This document shows, piece after piece, positions 39,019 to 52,314 of a DNA stretch of 64,000 nt. A program made the position numbers and the translations under genes. Under the pieces are notes generated by a model. It was not told the origin of the DNA and did not search any database. It saw nothing but the letters and a program-made list of their open reading frames with translations. Source of the stretch: Camelus dromedarius (Eukaryota); assembly GCF_036321535.1 (NCBI RefSeq), contig NC_087438.1, positions 8,744,001 through 8,808,000 of the forward strand, read 5' to 3'. Numbering within the stretch: the first letter of the stretch is position 1; every line of letters starts with the position of its first letter.

Positions 39019-40119
39019 GTATATTTTATTACATGTTTGTTTATGTATTTTAAGAACATGCATATGTGCATACTGTCATTATTCATCAAAGTAACTTGTA
39101 AATAATAAAGAGAAATGAAATTAACTTGGAAGAAAATTGTTCTCAAACAGAAACAGAACATATCAGTGTGTCCTGCCTACAAAACAGATGTTCTCAGCAG
39201 AACACGTTCATTTCCTGAGAACCTGTTAACTTCTGAGATTTTGATATGAATTTTGTCAGGTTCTAGAATTGTTTTTAATAAAATTTCCCAACTTCTTCAA
39301 AAGGGAAAAATTGGAGTAACTGTTGATTTTCTTCATTTGAAGAAATATTGTGTAACAGATTAATTATGTAACAAGATGGCAACTATTTCTTGTCCTGAGG
39401 TACCCAAGGAAGACATATTCATTTATTGCTGTAACATTGTCTCTTCTGATAACTGTTTTTGATATTATCTTCCTAAAATCAGGCCCTGAGTTAAAGGTGG
39501 CTGCTGCATAGCACCAAAGCTTACTCTAGAAAGTCATGAGTAAGGAAGAAGGCTAAAGTAAGTTGGTATAAAAAAATGTATGTTGTCTATTTTTAATTAG
39601 CTCAACAAGGCAATGAAAGGTCTTTTTATCAAGAGCATACTTGTAACATAAATAAGTTTCAGCTATATTATATTTTACAACTGATATAAATCTATTCTAA
39701 TCATAATTCACATAGAAACTCTAGCACCTTATTTGTTAGCAAACTGATTGTTAAGAAAATATTGTTTCTAGGAATAAAACACACTTGCTAATGTTGAAAA
39801 TCTTAATATATGCCTTGTAAGATAGATTATAAAGTCTGGGAAATTTGCAAATGCCCTCACTGGTCTTAAGGTCTTCTAACTCTCCCGGTAACCATGAACT
39901 GACTGCACGTGTATAGTTGTATTTCATACCCTGATCAGGAATTCCGTTTTCCTCCATTCTGACCTTGTCTTATTTCAATAGGTGGTTGGCGTTACTCCTT
40001 TGTTATTGCTTAAAGGCTTCTGCTACAAGTTACAAAGAAGAAGTTAAATGTCTTGGGAGAACAAATGAGACCAATTTCTCAGAACGTTGGGAGAAGGGGT
40101 TGTAGCAAGTACTCATGAT

Positions 40120-40320
40120 GGTTGATATAAGAAGTAGGACCCCGCTCACAGGCTCCCAGCACCTCATGACCCTGATTCCAGAGTGGATGTCTCACAGCGC
40201 GGACCCGAGTCAGGATTTCCAGGTTTACTGCGGAAGCAGGTAATTCCATGGGGTGAGCTGCTGACTCAAGATCAGAAGAGTAAGAATTAGTTGTGTACGT
40301 CTGATTGGCGCTGAAGAGGA
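40120..40320. promoter_or_regulatory. Candidate promoter/enhancer
   Basis: Local GC and CpG enrichment. ETS CGGAAG 40231-40236, MARE/AP-1 TGCTGACTCA 40259-40268, NF-Y CTGATTGG 40301-40308. Confidence 0.4.
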
Positions 40321-42049
40321 AAGTTTAACTTCAATTATTTGACTTAAAATATTGTTGCTATTATTTTATTGTTTTATTTTCTGGTGGGACTGTGTGAAAA
40401 CTTTTCTTTTTTAATCTAGCTACCAATTTAAAAGGACTTACTTGGGAAAAATGGAATAATACAACTTTTGAATGGTGGCTTCTTCTAACTGATCTCTCAG
40501 AATTCATAAAAAATACCTTATGGGAAATTGTATACGCATTATAAATGAATAATTAAGTATACCTAACAAGATGCTTTTTTTGAAAATATGATGTATATTT
40601 ATAATTCTTATCTGAGAAGTGGTTAACCATTGATCCAAGTGATCTTTTTGAGTCCTTTAATTTTATGGTAAATGGTTATTTGGATAGATAAAAAAACCAA
40701 AACAAAATAAAACCAAACCCCAAATTTTCAATCACAGACGTGTCAGAGATGTAATATTTAAAGGAAAAAGGCATTTCAAAAACCCGTTCCATTACATCAT
40801 GCAATTAAGGAAATAAAGGCTGTGTTTCATACATGGAGATTATGATCCAAATTCCTCCTATGAAAGCTCTGGTTCTTTTCTAGGGCTTACTGAACCAGGG
40901 CTTACAGGTAAATATAGAACGCTATTTCTTGGAAGGTACCTTGGTGAACTTGGAGATTCTGGTTTCCAAGCTTGGAATGCATGACTAGAAAAGGACAATG
41001 AAGTTATGTTTCACATGAGAAACATGGTTTGTAAATAGCTCTATGTGCTTTAAAAAGCCTCCAGGTTTAGTATTTATAGTTTTAGTTTTGTTAACCATAC
41101 CACAAGGATATTCTTAGATGTTAATTAACATCGTTGGTTGTCTCTGTATAAATAAAATAGTCAAAAACAGGAGAAATCAATAGCTCTGAATAAGAAAAAC
41201 CACCAGTCAACTTTATGTCTTAGTAAAGGGCCACAACAAGGTCCTGGGAAGGCAGTTCTGTCTTCTTAGCCTCGCTGCACAATTGGGTTGCAGGAGAACA
41301 AAAAATAGGCCCTAAAAAGCTCACATTCCTCAGAATCTAAGACGAATGATCAACTGTAGGAAATTCTTTAAGGCCATGAAAATTAGAGCATTTCCAAAGC
41401 TCTGAATTTTGAGATTGGCCTTTTAAGACAAAAACCTCTTTTTCGTTAAATTTGACTCAAGTTTATTCACATGGAATTATTGTTGACTATCCAATAATTT
41501 AAGCTATAAATACTCCTCTCAGCCTTTATTCAGGTAGCCAGTTGTTTTGAAAGTTAGACTCCCTTGCACATGATTTCCTTTCACTGGAAAACTTTCACTC
41601 AGTGCTCAAAAGTTGTCTACAATTTTTTTCTTTAAAAACATATAATGTACTATCATTCACCAGACAGTGGAAACTGGCTAACGTCTCAGACAGACAATAG
41701 AATTTTCAAACCTAGGACAACTTTCAAACCTGCAAAACTCCTGTGCTTATGAAAGGATGATCATTTATGACTTTAATTTTATGCTTGGTAGAAGCTTAGA
41801 AAAGGCAAATTGGACACTGATTATATTCCAATAATCTGCTATTCAATGGAGGAGGTGGAGATAAAATTTCCTGTTTTATCAAGTAGGAAATTCAAAGGAA
41901 ACACTGCTTCTCCTCTTCATTCAAGAAGGTCAAGTGATATCATTATATTTATAGCTGACAGTGAATATCATTGACTTCCTTTTAAATAAATATTTGCCTT
42001 TTTATACAGTGCACATGTGTATAAAATTCATTGCATAGCGATTGTGCAA

Positions 42050-42560
42050 CACATTTTTCCTGAGTGTTAATTAGGTACCAGCACTGTTCTGAGGGTCATG
42101 ATATATCAGTGAATCAAGCAGACAGATCCCAGCTCTTAAGGATCTTGAACTTTCACAATTTGGAGTAAACAGAAGCAACAAAGAATAATAATCATAATAA
42201 ATATGCAAACAGTCTGGTATGTTACTTAATCATGTGGCTATTTGGGTGCAGAATAATTCAGGCGAAAGAAATAGTCTTAGGATAAGAACATGGTAGGAGT
42301 TTTTAATGAACAGCCAGGTGACCAGCGTGGATGGCGTAGCGTGAATCAGAGGAAGGTCACTCAGGGAGGAAGTCAGAGACATCCCCAGAGGGCAAGATCT
42401 TACCTTGAGGGAAACCCAAGGTCACGTCTCACTAATGACTTAAAGGCATTATTCCAGCTGATATATTAAGAAGAGACCAAGAGGTATGGAGATATGGAGA
42501 GAGGAGTAAGAACTTTAAAGAGACAATTACAATAATCCAGATGTTGACTGATGTGGCATG
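42050..42560 (-). mobile_element. L2 fragment
   Basis: acatttttcctgagtgtt...ccagcactgttctgagg...cagtgaatcaagcagacag...gagacaattacaataatccag. Confidence 0.6.
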
Positions 42561-43079
42561 AACCACAGTGGTACCATTGGAAATGGGAAAAGAAATATAT
42601 ATACTATATATATGTATAATATATATGATATTGTATATTATATACATATTGTGTTTTATATGTATATATACTTCCATCCATATATAATTTGAATCCCAGT
42701 AAAATAGAATATATTTTAAAAAATTGTACATGGAACATTTATAATAATTTACCATAGAACTCATGTACGTGAGTGCATGCACACACATTCATGCAAAATC
42801 TTTTAAGAAATAAAAGTAATGTAAAAACAAGCTTGGATTGAAGAGGAAACAAAACACAAAAATCAATTTTTTTTTCCAAAATAAGTGGTGGAATGACACC
42901 CCTACAAGTGTGGTGCACAGTTAAAACACTTCCCAGAGAAAAGTTACAGCAAGAGATGTCTATATTAATACAAATTTTAAGCATGAAAACTACTGAATTA
43001 ACATGCTCAACTCAAAATGCTGAAATACTGAAGTAAACAAAAAGAGAGCAGATAAAAGAAATTAATAAAAACAAAATAG

Positions 43080-43515
43080 TTTTTTCTGGCTTTACTGAGG
43101 TATAATTGACAAAATTTTAAGATATTTAAAGAGTACAAAGTGATGATTTAAGATATTTTAACATTGTGAAAGGTTTCCTCCACTGAGTTAATTAAAATAC
43201 TCATCACCTCACGTATTTACCTTTTTTTAGGGTAAGAAAGGAACATTTAAGTTGTAATCTCAGCGAATTTCAATCATTTGGGGGAAGGGTAGAGCTCAAG
43301 TGGCAGAGCGCATGCTCAGCACCCAAGAGGTCAGGGGTTCAAATCCCAGTACCTCCTCCAAGCAGAAATCAATGAAGAAACCTAATTACCTCCCTCTCAA
43401 AAAAAAAAAAAAAACAAAAAAACAAAACAAACAAACAAACAAAAAAACCCCAAAAACATTACAAGCCAAAAACCTGTGCTTTAATTTAAAAAAAATTTCA
43501 ATCATTTAACAAATT
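43080..43515 (-). mobile_element. L1 3' end inserted antisense into the older L1, itself hosting a SINE
   Basis: gctttactgaggtataattgacaaaa...cattgtgaaagg...catcacctcac...gaacatttaag...aatttcaatca. Confidence 0.75.
43280..43493 (+). mobile_element. tRNA-Ala-derived camelid SINE (Vic-1-like) with extended tail
   Basis: ggggaagggtagagctcaagtggcagagcg...ggttcaaatcccagtacctcc...aaacctaattacctccc, then an A-rich tail. Perfect 14-bp TSD aatttcaatcattt at 43266-43279 and 43494-43507. Confidence 0.9.
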
Positions 43516-46500
43516 GGAAAAAAGAAAAAAAAAAAAAAAGAAACTAATAAACCCATAAGCAAGTTGTTTGAAGAAAATCAACAACTAGGCAAAACAGCAG
43601 TTAAGTAAAGAAAATTTAAAAACTAAATCTCAAAAAGAAACAGACTACTTCCATAGAAGAAATAGAGAAATAAGTTAACACATAAAGAGAGGAAGTAGCT
43701 ACAGAGCTTGCCCCCAAAAATTCCAGACCCAAACAGTTCATGAAGAAATCTAGCAAAGACCAAAGAATCATAATGCAGTATAAGTTGTCCCAGAGACTAA
43801 AAAGAAACATACATAAAGTTGATTTATGAAGCTAGAAAAGCTTGGAATTTTAAACCCAACAAAGATCGTACTAAACAGAAAAGCTACAGGCTGGTCTTAA
43901 TTATGAATATTCATGTAGAAATCTTGTGTAAAATACTAACAGACAGTCGGTTTAAAATAGAAGACATCATGACGAAGTGGGATTTATTCCGAGGATGCAA
44001 GGATGGTTTCAATATTAGGAAATTCAAAAGTCTGATCCCCTATATTGATTGATCTGAGGAGAAAAGAATAAAGGGTCCTCTCCACAGATGAGAAAAAGTG
44101 TGAGACAAAATCCAACAGGCTTTCAGATTTAAAAACAACAACAACGAACACAGCTTAATAATACATAAAATCATAGACGCTTAATACCAAGTTCACGTAT
44201 AGAGGCCGATGGGTGAGAATGAATTTGTGCCAGGAAATAGTCTGTAGCTAATATAGCTGGAGCTTAAGATGTGAATGTGAGGAAAGGAGGTTAGAGAAGT
44301 GAAAAAGGGTGTGTAGAGAACATTTTATTTCATCTTGACGGCATTGGGAAATTATAAATTGTGGTCAGCAGGAGATCTGATTAATTTTAGCTTTTGTAAA
44401 GATGACTGTTCTCCACGTGTGTAGTAGAGGAAAGGAGGCAGATAGGTTGGTGCCATCAAGAACAGTGGAGATCTGTGGGCAATGACGTGTGAATTGAACA
44501 CTGAACTCAAAGTAGGCCTTTGATAAATACAGTACTTAATTTGCAGTTAGAAAAAATAACCCAAATAACATTTACTGTTCTGATTTTATTTCAAAATCTT
44601 TGAAGATCTTGCACTAACAAGGGATCAATGTTATTGGCTACAAAAAATTATTTCACAATTCTAGAGATTAATAGAATATGAAGTAATAGAGAGTTTACTT
44701 TATGACTTCCATCTTCTCTATTACTGGAGTCTGGTCTAAGATAACGTTTTTTTTTTTTCTGTTAATATTTTCTTGTTTTTTTTAATATTTTTGAATTTCC
44801 TAATATTGAAACCAAATGTGTTAGACTTTTTATTTGTATAGTTTAAAAGGTGCAGAAACAACATATAAAAGAAGCTCTTTTAACTAAAAAAAACAAACAA
44901 ATAGAACTTCTTGCATTCAGATGTGCAAAAAACAAAATTTACAATATGTGAGAAAAAATACTCAGGGGTACAGACTGTGTGACATGATTTTTCTCCCCTA
45001 GCATCTGTACAGTGTTATTTCCCACCTCCTGTGTTTAATGAGAAGAAATAAAGAAATCGCATATGCAGCTTCATATATTTACATTTTAAAACCATCCTTA
45101 CAAGAGTTAGCATGTTGTCACTCTCCACCAGACAAATTCTCTTATTTTCCTTTGATTATGAACAATGTACCTAATTTAGACTTCAAGTTTCTCATCATCT
45201 CAGTGGTTTCCACTATCATCAAAATCTTTAAAGAATGCAATTAGAGACAAATGCAAGAAAGTATGCTATGAATTGTCAAATGATGAAAAGTATAGTAGAA
45301 TTTTAAGTGGGATCCCATTGGATTTATGGGAGTGAGGCAGTTACATTGTGTCTTGAAAGGTGTGAAAAATTTGGCAGGGTTAAGATCAAGTGTATTTCAG
45401 TCCTTTAGTTCAGAATGTGCATAAGGTATTCCAAAAAGAGGAAGATTCATGTTAAATTAAAATGCTAGTAAGGATCCCATTTCCAAGGGGCTATTACTGA
45501 TCTAGAATTTTTCATTATCTGCGTAACGTTGGGCACCAAAAAATTAAGTGCTTATTTTTATATTAATTTATTTTAAATGCTTGAGACCTGTTGTTACTGT
45601 ACTGTATTTTATGTATAAAGGCTCATCTTTTTATTATCATTCCTTCTCCATGAATTAAAGAAATAAGTTTTTGAGGTCTGTCAAAACGTAGAGATCATCT
45701 TGCTCATCCCACTCAGGTTTACAGAGGAAAGGAAATTTCTAGAAGAGTGTGGTGGCTCAGCCTGAAATACCCAGTTTATTGAGTAAGAGCTGAGGATAGC
45801 GGACGACCACGGCTGTGAATTCTTAGGGCCCTCTTCCTTCCTTCTCGCCCAGTCATCCGTTTAGACAGATGCTTGGTAATTCCTCTCAGATTTTAAAAAC
45901 TGAACGTAACTGTGAAAGAAGTCTGAACAGTGCAAAAACCATGAATTATTTTTAAACTAATAGCTGTGAGTTAGCAGAGTTCGTATTTGGCAGAAGGCTG
46001 GCATTCAAAAATAGACTTTGAAGCCTAATTTTACTGCTTTTAAATGTGTCTTTCTGGTAGGTCTGATTTTGACCAGGCAGTATTTTGTTATTGGCAAAAT
46101 GCAGCCCAAGCCTAAGTAATCTTCTCGGCCACTATTAATATAAGTTTTATTGAATGGAAGTTTTTGTAAAAAGCTGGAAAGTTTGGCATCTTTCAAATAA
46201 TATCTTTCAATAAATGCTTAAAATGTACTTTTAAAATAGAGTCTCTTTGACCTTGAAATTTTCCTACAGAAAGGCATTATTAAGCTTCATCTTCAAGATA
46301 AAGCAATTGAAGCCAGAGTAATCATGTAAATTATGAAGATAAAATAGTCCAGTAATGACAGAACTGGATTCTAAATCCACCTGTTGTGGATCTCAGGTGA
46401 GTATGTCCTCATTAATATTTCCTCTCCTCACATTGTGAAATTAAATCTTATCTTTTGCTTCTGTAGATCAATATTGAAGTTCAGCTTGTCTTCTTCTAAA

Positions 46501-47712
46501 TAAAGTACAAATGTCAAATCATTGGATAAACTAGACTGGTTTCCAAATGCGTGCAGTCTAAATTTTTCAGCTGAAAGAACTAAATGGTTGATACCTTTTA
46601 AGGGAAATGATGGAACAATGGAGAAAACTGTAATTCCATTAATATGGAATTACAAGGTCATAGCACTAAAACCAGGATCACTGTTTACCTACACAGTATA
46701 AAAATTTGCATTCTCAAAATTTTCATTTTAGTTTTTCCTATGGAATTTAAGATATGATTGTCCTTCTTCTTCTACCAAAGCTTTGCATAATTTTACTACA
46801 GCAAAAGTTGGGATATTATCAACACTAACATAATGAAAATGTTAATGTTTCTTATACACTCAGTGACCTGTCTGGAGGTATCGCTTGCACAGTTGACTGA
46901 CTTTAAACAGGAAACCAAAAAATTCATCTAGCTGTTTTCAGTGAAACATCTCAGTGATTCACTTAGCGAATGGAAATATCTTATCCTAAGCCATGTAACT
47001 ACCAGTTATAATCAATCAGGAGTTACTAGTTGAGCTCCACTTACACTAAACATAGCCTCCATTTCTATAATATTTGGCAGTTAAGGTGATTTCCTATAGA
47101 CACTTCCTTGTTAAGTCATCATATCAACTCTTGGAATTAGTGAGATGTCTGCTTTCACAGGGTGAGCTGAGTACCTAAAAACAGCCTGAGAATGAACACG
47201 GTGACATCTCTCCGATCTTTTCATTCCAAACCACCTGCGATTCCCCCCTACATATTACTCCATGGTGTAACTTGTCACTAGTCTTCCCACTGTGGCAAAA
47301 GTCACTAACTTAAAATTTTTTTTAATCCAATAAGTGAGTTGAGTCTACAACACATGAAACAAAATAAAAAGGAGCAATCTCCTTAGTAATTGCACTGATC
47401 AGAGAAGCCTTAATGTAAGATTCAAAGCTTCAGGCTGTGTATACCTTACATATTCTCAAAGAGAACTTTGGACTTCATCTAACTCAGATTAATCTCACCC
47501 TCCACCCTCCTGCTGCAGCATATTATTTGAACTTTGATATTACATTCATCACGGCGCACCTCTTCTCTAAGTTACATATGCTGTGATTGGTTCTGAACTC
47601 AAATTATTAAGGTTCCAGAAGGTCAAGACATTATCTATTTCTTCCCTGTATCACCCCATACCTATCAGAGTGGTCGTCAACAAGTTTGTGTGTTGAATTA
47701 AAAATATATATA

Positions 47713-47915
47713 CCAGTCAGTGTCTGCTAACAAGTTTATACTGTATAGCACAGGAAAATATATTCAATATCTTGTAGTAGCTCACGGTGAAAAAGAATCT
47801 GAAAAGGAATATATGTATACCCACGTGTGACTGAAGCATTGTGCTGTACACCAGAAATTGACACAACATTGTAAACTGACTATATGTCAATAATAATTTA
47901 AAAAAAACTAAAAAA
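47713..47915 (+). mobile_element. 5'-truncated young L1 3' end
   Basis: ctgtatagcacaggaaaatatattcaatatcttgtag...gctgtacaccagaaattgacacaacattgtaaactgactat, then an A tail. Flanks aaaatatatata and agaatatatata. Confidence 0.85.
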
Positions 47916-47971
47916 GAATATATATAGAAGGTGGATAGGCAGGGTCTGCCCTGATTTCAATGGGGGAAGGG

Positions 47972-48190
47972 AAATAATGTATTTAAACACACATTGTGTG
48001 TCAGGCACTTGGCAAACTGCTTTTCAACTTCTTAGGACAGAAGTCACATAAAATAGTTATTATAATCATTAGTACATTCAAAGATGAGTAAACTGAGGCT
48101 CTGCAGCATTAAGGTTTTCTGTCGATTATAAGTGACACAGTCAGGAAAGAGTCCAGGCTTATCTGTCTCCAAGTACCTGCTGCCTTCCTC
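47972..48190 (-). mobile_element. MIR
   Basis: tgtgtcaggcact...agatgagtaaactgaggctc. Confidence 0.65.
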
Positions 48191-49190
48191 TCCCTCCTAG
48201 AGCCTTCCGTTAGCGACATCCTTCGGCAACAAATGGGAATCCGTATTCCAAGTGGGAGCACCATGTTTGTGACTCGGGCTAGAAGCATAGGAATCTCATG
48301 TAAACCATGTTCAGGCAATTCTGGTCTTGACTTGGGTTGCTATTTAGGATTTTGAGAATTGTTTTTAGAATTTCACACTAAGTTAAGCAACAAATCATCC
48401 TGTCTTTAAGAAATGAATTTCCTTTCATGTATTCACCACAACCCAGTTCTGGCTCTCAATTTTGCTGGGCTAAAGAATGAGATGCTGTGAGTGCCCTTGG
48501 CACAACCTTAGCGAATGACTCCAACTGGCTAATTCACTAAATAACAATGGAAAGCTAAATTCTTTCTTTCTCTATCCCTTCTTTCCTCCCCTCCTCTCTC
48601 CTCCTCTACTGTCCTTCCTTCTTCCTTCCTTCCTCTCTCTCCTTTTTTCTTTTCCTCTCTATCTATGAAAGATACAACTGCTAGCCAGAGTCAGTCACCT
48701 ATTACTCCAAATGGAACAGGAAATCTTGAGAAGTCAGTGAATTAGAGGGAGACTTGATTAAAATAGTTTAGAATTGTGTTCCATATGTTCATTCATAAGC
48801 ACTTATTAAGTACCTACTGCTTAGACATAGAGATACATACTGAGAGATACTGACTGCATTCACAACCTAGTAAAGTTACAACTGTGGAAATAAACAAGTG
48901 TTTACCATTTAATGGTAACAAAGAAGAACAGAATGATTACAGAATATCTAACAACATCAAGCTTTCCTTGCCTATAATAATCACCGCATCCCCCACCACA
49001 CTAAAAATACTCCCGCATCAGTGCTTCTGCGACTGTCATTTCACTATGCTTCGATTGATGACCAATAGCTCTTACAATTCAGAGGTGTTTTCTGGAATGT
49101 GGCAGGTATTCAATAAACATATGAGCACCAGGCCTGCTATTGACAGATTGGCTTTGAGGGGATTTTTAGATTTGGCGAAAGTAATTTAAT

Positions 49191-49434
49191 CTGAGAGCTT
49201 GTTTGGAGGGTCCAGCAGGGGAGCGCAGCTGCTCATACACCCTTGACCGAGAAGAACAGTCCTCCTCTATCGGGGATGGTCGTCCTCTTCGAAGGAGCGC
49301 GCAGCTTCGGGAGGGATGCACGTGGAGCCGTGAGGGAGGAAGGGGACACCCGCCTAGCCAGCCAGATCAGCTGAATCCACCCAGGTGATCAGTGGGGTGA
49401 CAGATGTCGCAGCCAGACCGCCCGCCCTCACATC
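49191..49434 (-). pseudogene. RN7SK: 7SK snRNA processed pseudogene, 3'-truncated
   Basis: Reverse complement reads GATGTGAGGGCG...TCTGGCTGCGACATCTGTCACCCC...GCTGATCTGGCTGGCTAGGCGGGTGTCCCCTTCCTCCCTCAC...GAAGAGGACGACCATCCCCGATAGAGGAGGAC...CTCCAAACAAGCTCTCA, matching about nt 2-240 of mammalian 7SK. TSD gaaagtaatttaat at 49177-49190 and 49435-49448. Confidence 0.97.
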
Positions 49435-52314
49435 GAAAGTAATTTAATTTGAATAAGAAAGAAGAAGCAAATGAAGTTAACGGAAATACAGATAATTCTT
49501 GCTCTCAGCTTTCTAGTGAGTTCCCGCAATGCAACCTGCCAAGCACCTCTGACATGGCTCTCATAACCACTGTCCACTTACCGAGGCTTCTAAAGAGACT
49601 GAACCAAAAAACGCGTATGTATTAACTTCTCCAGGTACATGTGTTCAACACTTTGTTAAATGTACTTGCGCAACTGTAACTATACAATGGTTAATTTCCT
49701 ATTTAAGTAACAAATGGAAGCCATTTGGGGGAACACTGATTTTCTTTTAGGGGAGATTCCAAAAATAAATGGTGGTGATAAGTGGAGAAAATTTCACATT
49801 TCTCTCTAGTGATAACATATGAGAGAAAGACATGTGATATGAAGGATGCTGTTCTGTACGAGCTGGCAGACAAATAAGTGAGAAATAAAGTATAAGCTCT
49901 GGGTATAAGATTTTTGAGGCTATGTATGTTTTCTTTTTTTCTTCTTTTTTTAAGAAAAGTATTCCAGGTTACTTAGCATGTCTTCTTGATTATCGTAAAC
50001 ATTCAAGAACAAAGATGAAGTTTGTGAAGACAGATGAAAAGACTCAAGTTGACATCTTGGATTTGGAGTAATAGATTATTGACTTTAGGGATATAATGGC
50101 ACCCCTCCAGGTTTTAGAAACAATTAAAGCAAAATTTCTTTTGGTGTTTGAATGGCACAAACTTTTTGTATAGAACTGCACTTCTCATTGCAGGAAGATG
50201 ATTTTTCCTGGGACTTCTGCAAACTCCATCCCTGAAACACTAAATATTGAAGGCATCTACATCCCATAATTACCTTGACAGCCAAAATATTACCCGCCCC
50301 ACATTAAAACATCTCTAGAATCCCAGTCTCTCTCTTGACTGGAGATCACTTGCAATTACATCTTATAAGGTAACAAAAAATTAGTAAGAAGATCTAAAAA
50401 CTCTAGGGGAAGATTGATTCATAACCCTCCTTCATTTTTAAGTGACTTAAGTAGTATTTCTGATAATTTTGTTGCTACCTTATAAGTCCCCAACAAACTG
50501 GGTACCTGAGTATTTCTTATCATATTTCAAACCCCTAGCAGAGTGTGATTGGTGCAGTTCAGGTTATGAGTCTCTCACTCAGGAATCTTCCAGCTCAGGA
50601 GCCGGGCAATGGGATACCTCAGATGGGCCACTGGAGAAGTATTATAGTGTTTATTGCCTTATAACTGATCTAGGTCGCCTGCAACTAGACATATTTTACT
50701 AACCCTTCCCAATGTTTTAAATTGACTTGGGTGTCAATATTTAAAAATCAGAAGGTTCCAGGTAAACAGCTGGTTACCACTTTGTAAAGGCAATAAGCAA
50801 GCAACGTTGAGTCTATTTCCACATGTTCACAAAAGGCTAAAGCTGGAGAGGAATTGCCCTTTAGTTGGGGCACCTACTCCCTATAGAGAATGAACTCCAG
50901 TCTCTTAAGTTACCTACCCGATCCTGCCAGCATCTGAGTGTGCGGTGGACAAAGGAGCTCTCTAAGAGAAACTAGCTGTAAATTTCAAGAGCAATGCAAA
51001 TTTTAAAAAGTTTTTAAAAAAGTGCAAATATGATGTATAAAACATGTAGCTTTAAGCTTTTCTGTGTTATTTTTCTGGACAGGAAAAAAAATCTAATGAT
51101 TTCTTCTAAATGCAGAAGGAAAGGAAAATATGTTGATTTTGAATAAACAGCCATCTTCTATTTATAATGCCTTTTAAAAGGCAAGTGAGTTCCTGGAATG
51201 TGCTGACTACCATTTTTGCCAACTTCTCTTCTGCTCATTAGCAACTTCACATAAAGTAACATGAGAGTCCCTGCTGTAACTATTAATTCATTAGAGAACT
51301 GATTGCGTTTTCATTTTCACCTTTTTGAGCCATCAGATGCATACTTATTCCTGATAAAAATGTCTTCACTTGTCTACTTCTCTTTTGGGCTTTATTTTAA
51401 ACAAAGTATTGGGGTTTTTTTTCCCCCCCTTTTAGATGCATTTTAGCTTGCTATTTGCTCAAATCAGCCAAGTAGAATAGTTTTTGCTGTTATTCTGCTA
51501 TTTTTTTTTAATCAAGTTCAAACAGTTGATAAAGATATTTCTTTTAAGAAAAGGAGTGACTTGTCTTTCTTTCGATATTTCTATCTCCAAATGAATCGGA
51601 AATTCTTGAAGACTCACACTGCCATTTGAAAGAATCAGTATTATAATATTTCTGTCAAATCTATAATAACTAGATTTAATGAAGGGTTTCTTCGTGATAG
51701 AAATACAGTTGCATTGATTTTCAATAGGAAGACGTATTACAACTAGGGATAGGATAAGGGAGGGAAAATTGACGTCTAAATTGATTGCAACCTCTGAAAA
51801 TCTGACTAGGCTCATCATGTGAAAGTTTTCTTAGAATGAAAGCATAGTCAGAGTACTCTTTTAAATATCTCAACACAGCTTTCAAATTGCAGCACTATGC
51901 TGAACCCATGAAGTGTTCTATTGTTTAAACCAATTGATAGAAATATTGATGAAATAATAGCACATCATAACCACATAGTAAATTTTTGGAAGTGAAATAA
52001 TGGGCAGTATGATTAGAACCTTTGTTTTCTTTCATATTATTTATCTATACAGAATTGATTATAGTCGTAAATTTTCTTTTGCCTACTCCTAGTCAACATT
52101 AAGGATTCACTTCACATCGAAGAGTGGGTTCTTAAGATAATCTTAGTGTGGTGAGCAAGAAAACATACTAAGCAAGCTGGGACCTTGGAACAGTGCTGAC
52201 TTTGATCTCTGTTTGCTAAGAGCTCCTCTTCTATGAACTCTTGTGTCTCCATTAATTGTTCAACCACTGAAGTGGCATAAATACAGCTGAGTGCTTAGCA
52301 TCAAATGAGTTTTC

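Larger units (their letters stand above)
42700..44170 (+). mobile_element. Old L1 ORF2 fragment with nested insertions
   Basis: catggaacattt...ttgtttgaagaaaatcaacaa...gtgggatttattccgaggatgcaaggatggtttcaatattaggaaat...gacaaaatccaaca. Confidence 0.75.

Noticed and set aside
43819..44052. 77-aa ORF with reverse-transcriptase-region similarity
   Set aside because: Frameshifted relic of L1 ORF2, not an intact gene.
49203..49388. GC-rich ORF or apparent mini CpG island
   Set aside because: Fully explained by the antisense 7SK pseudogene.
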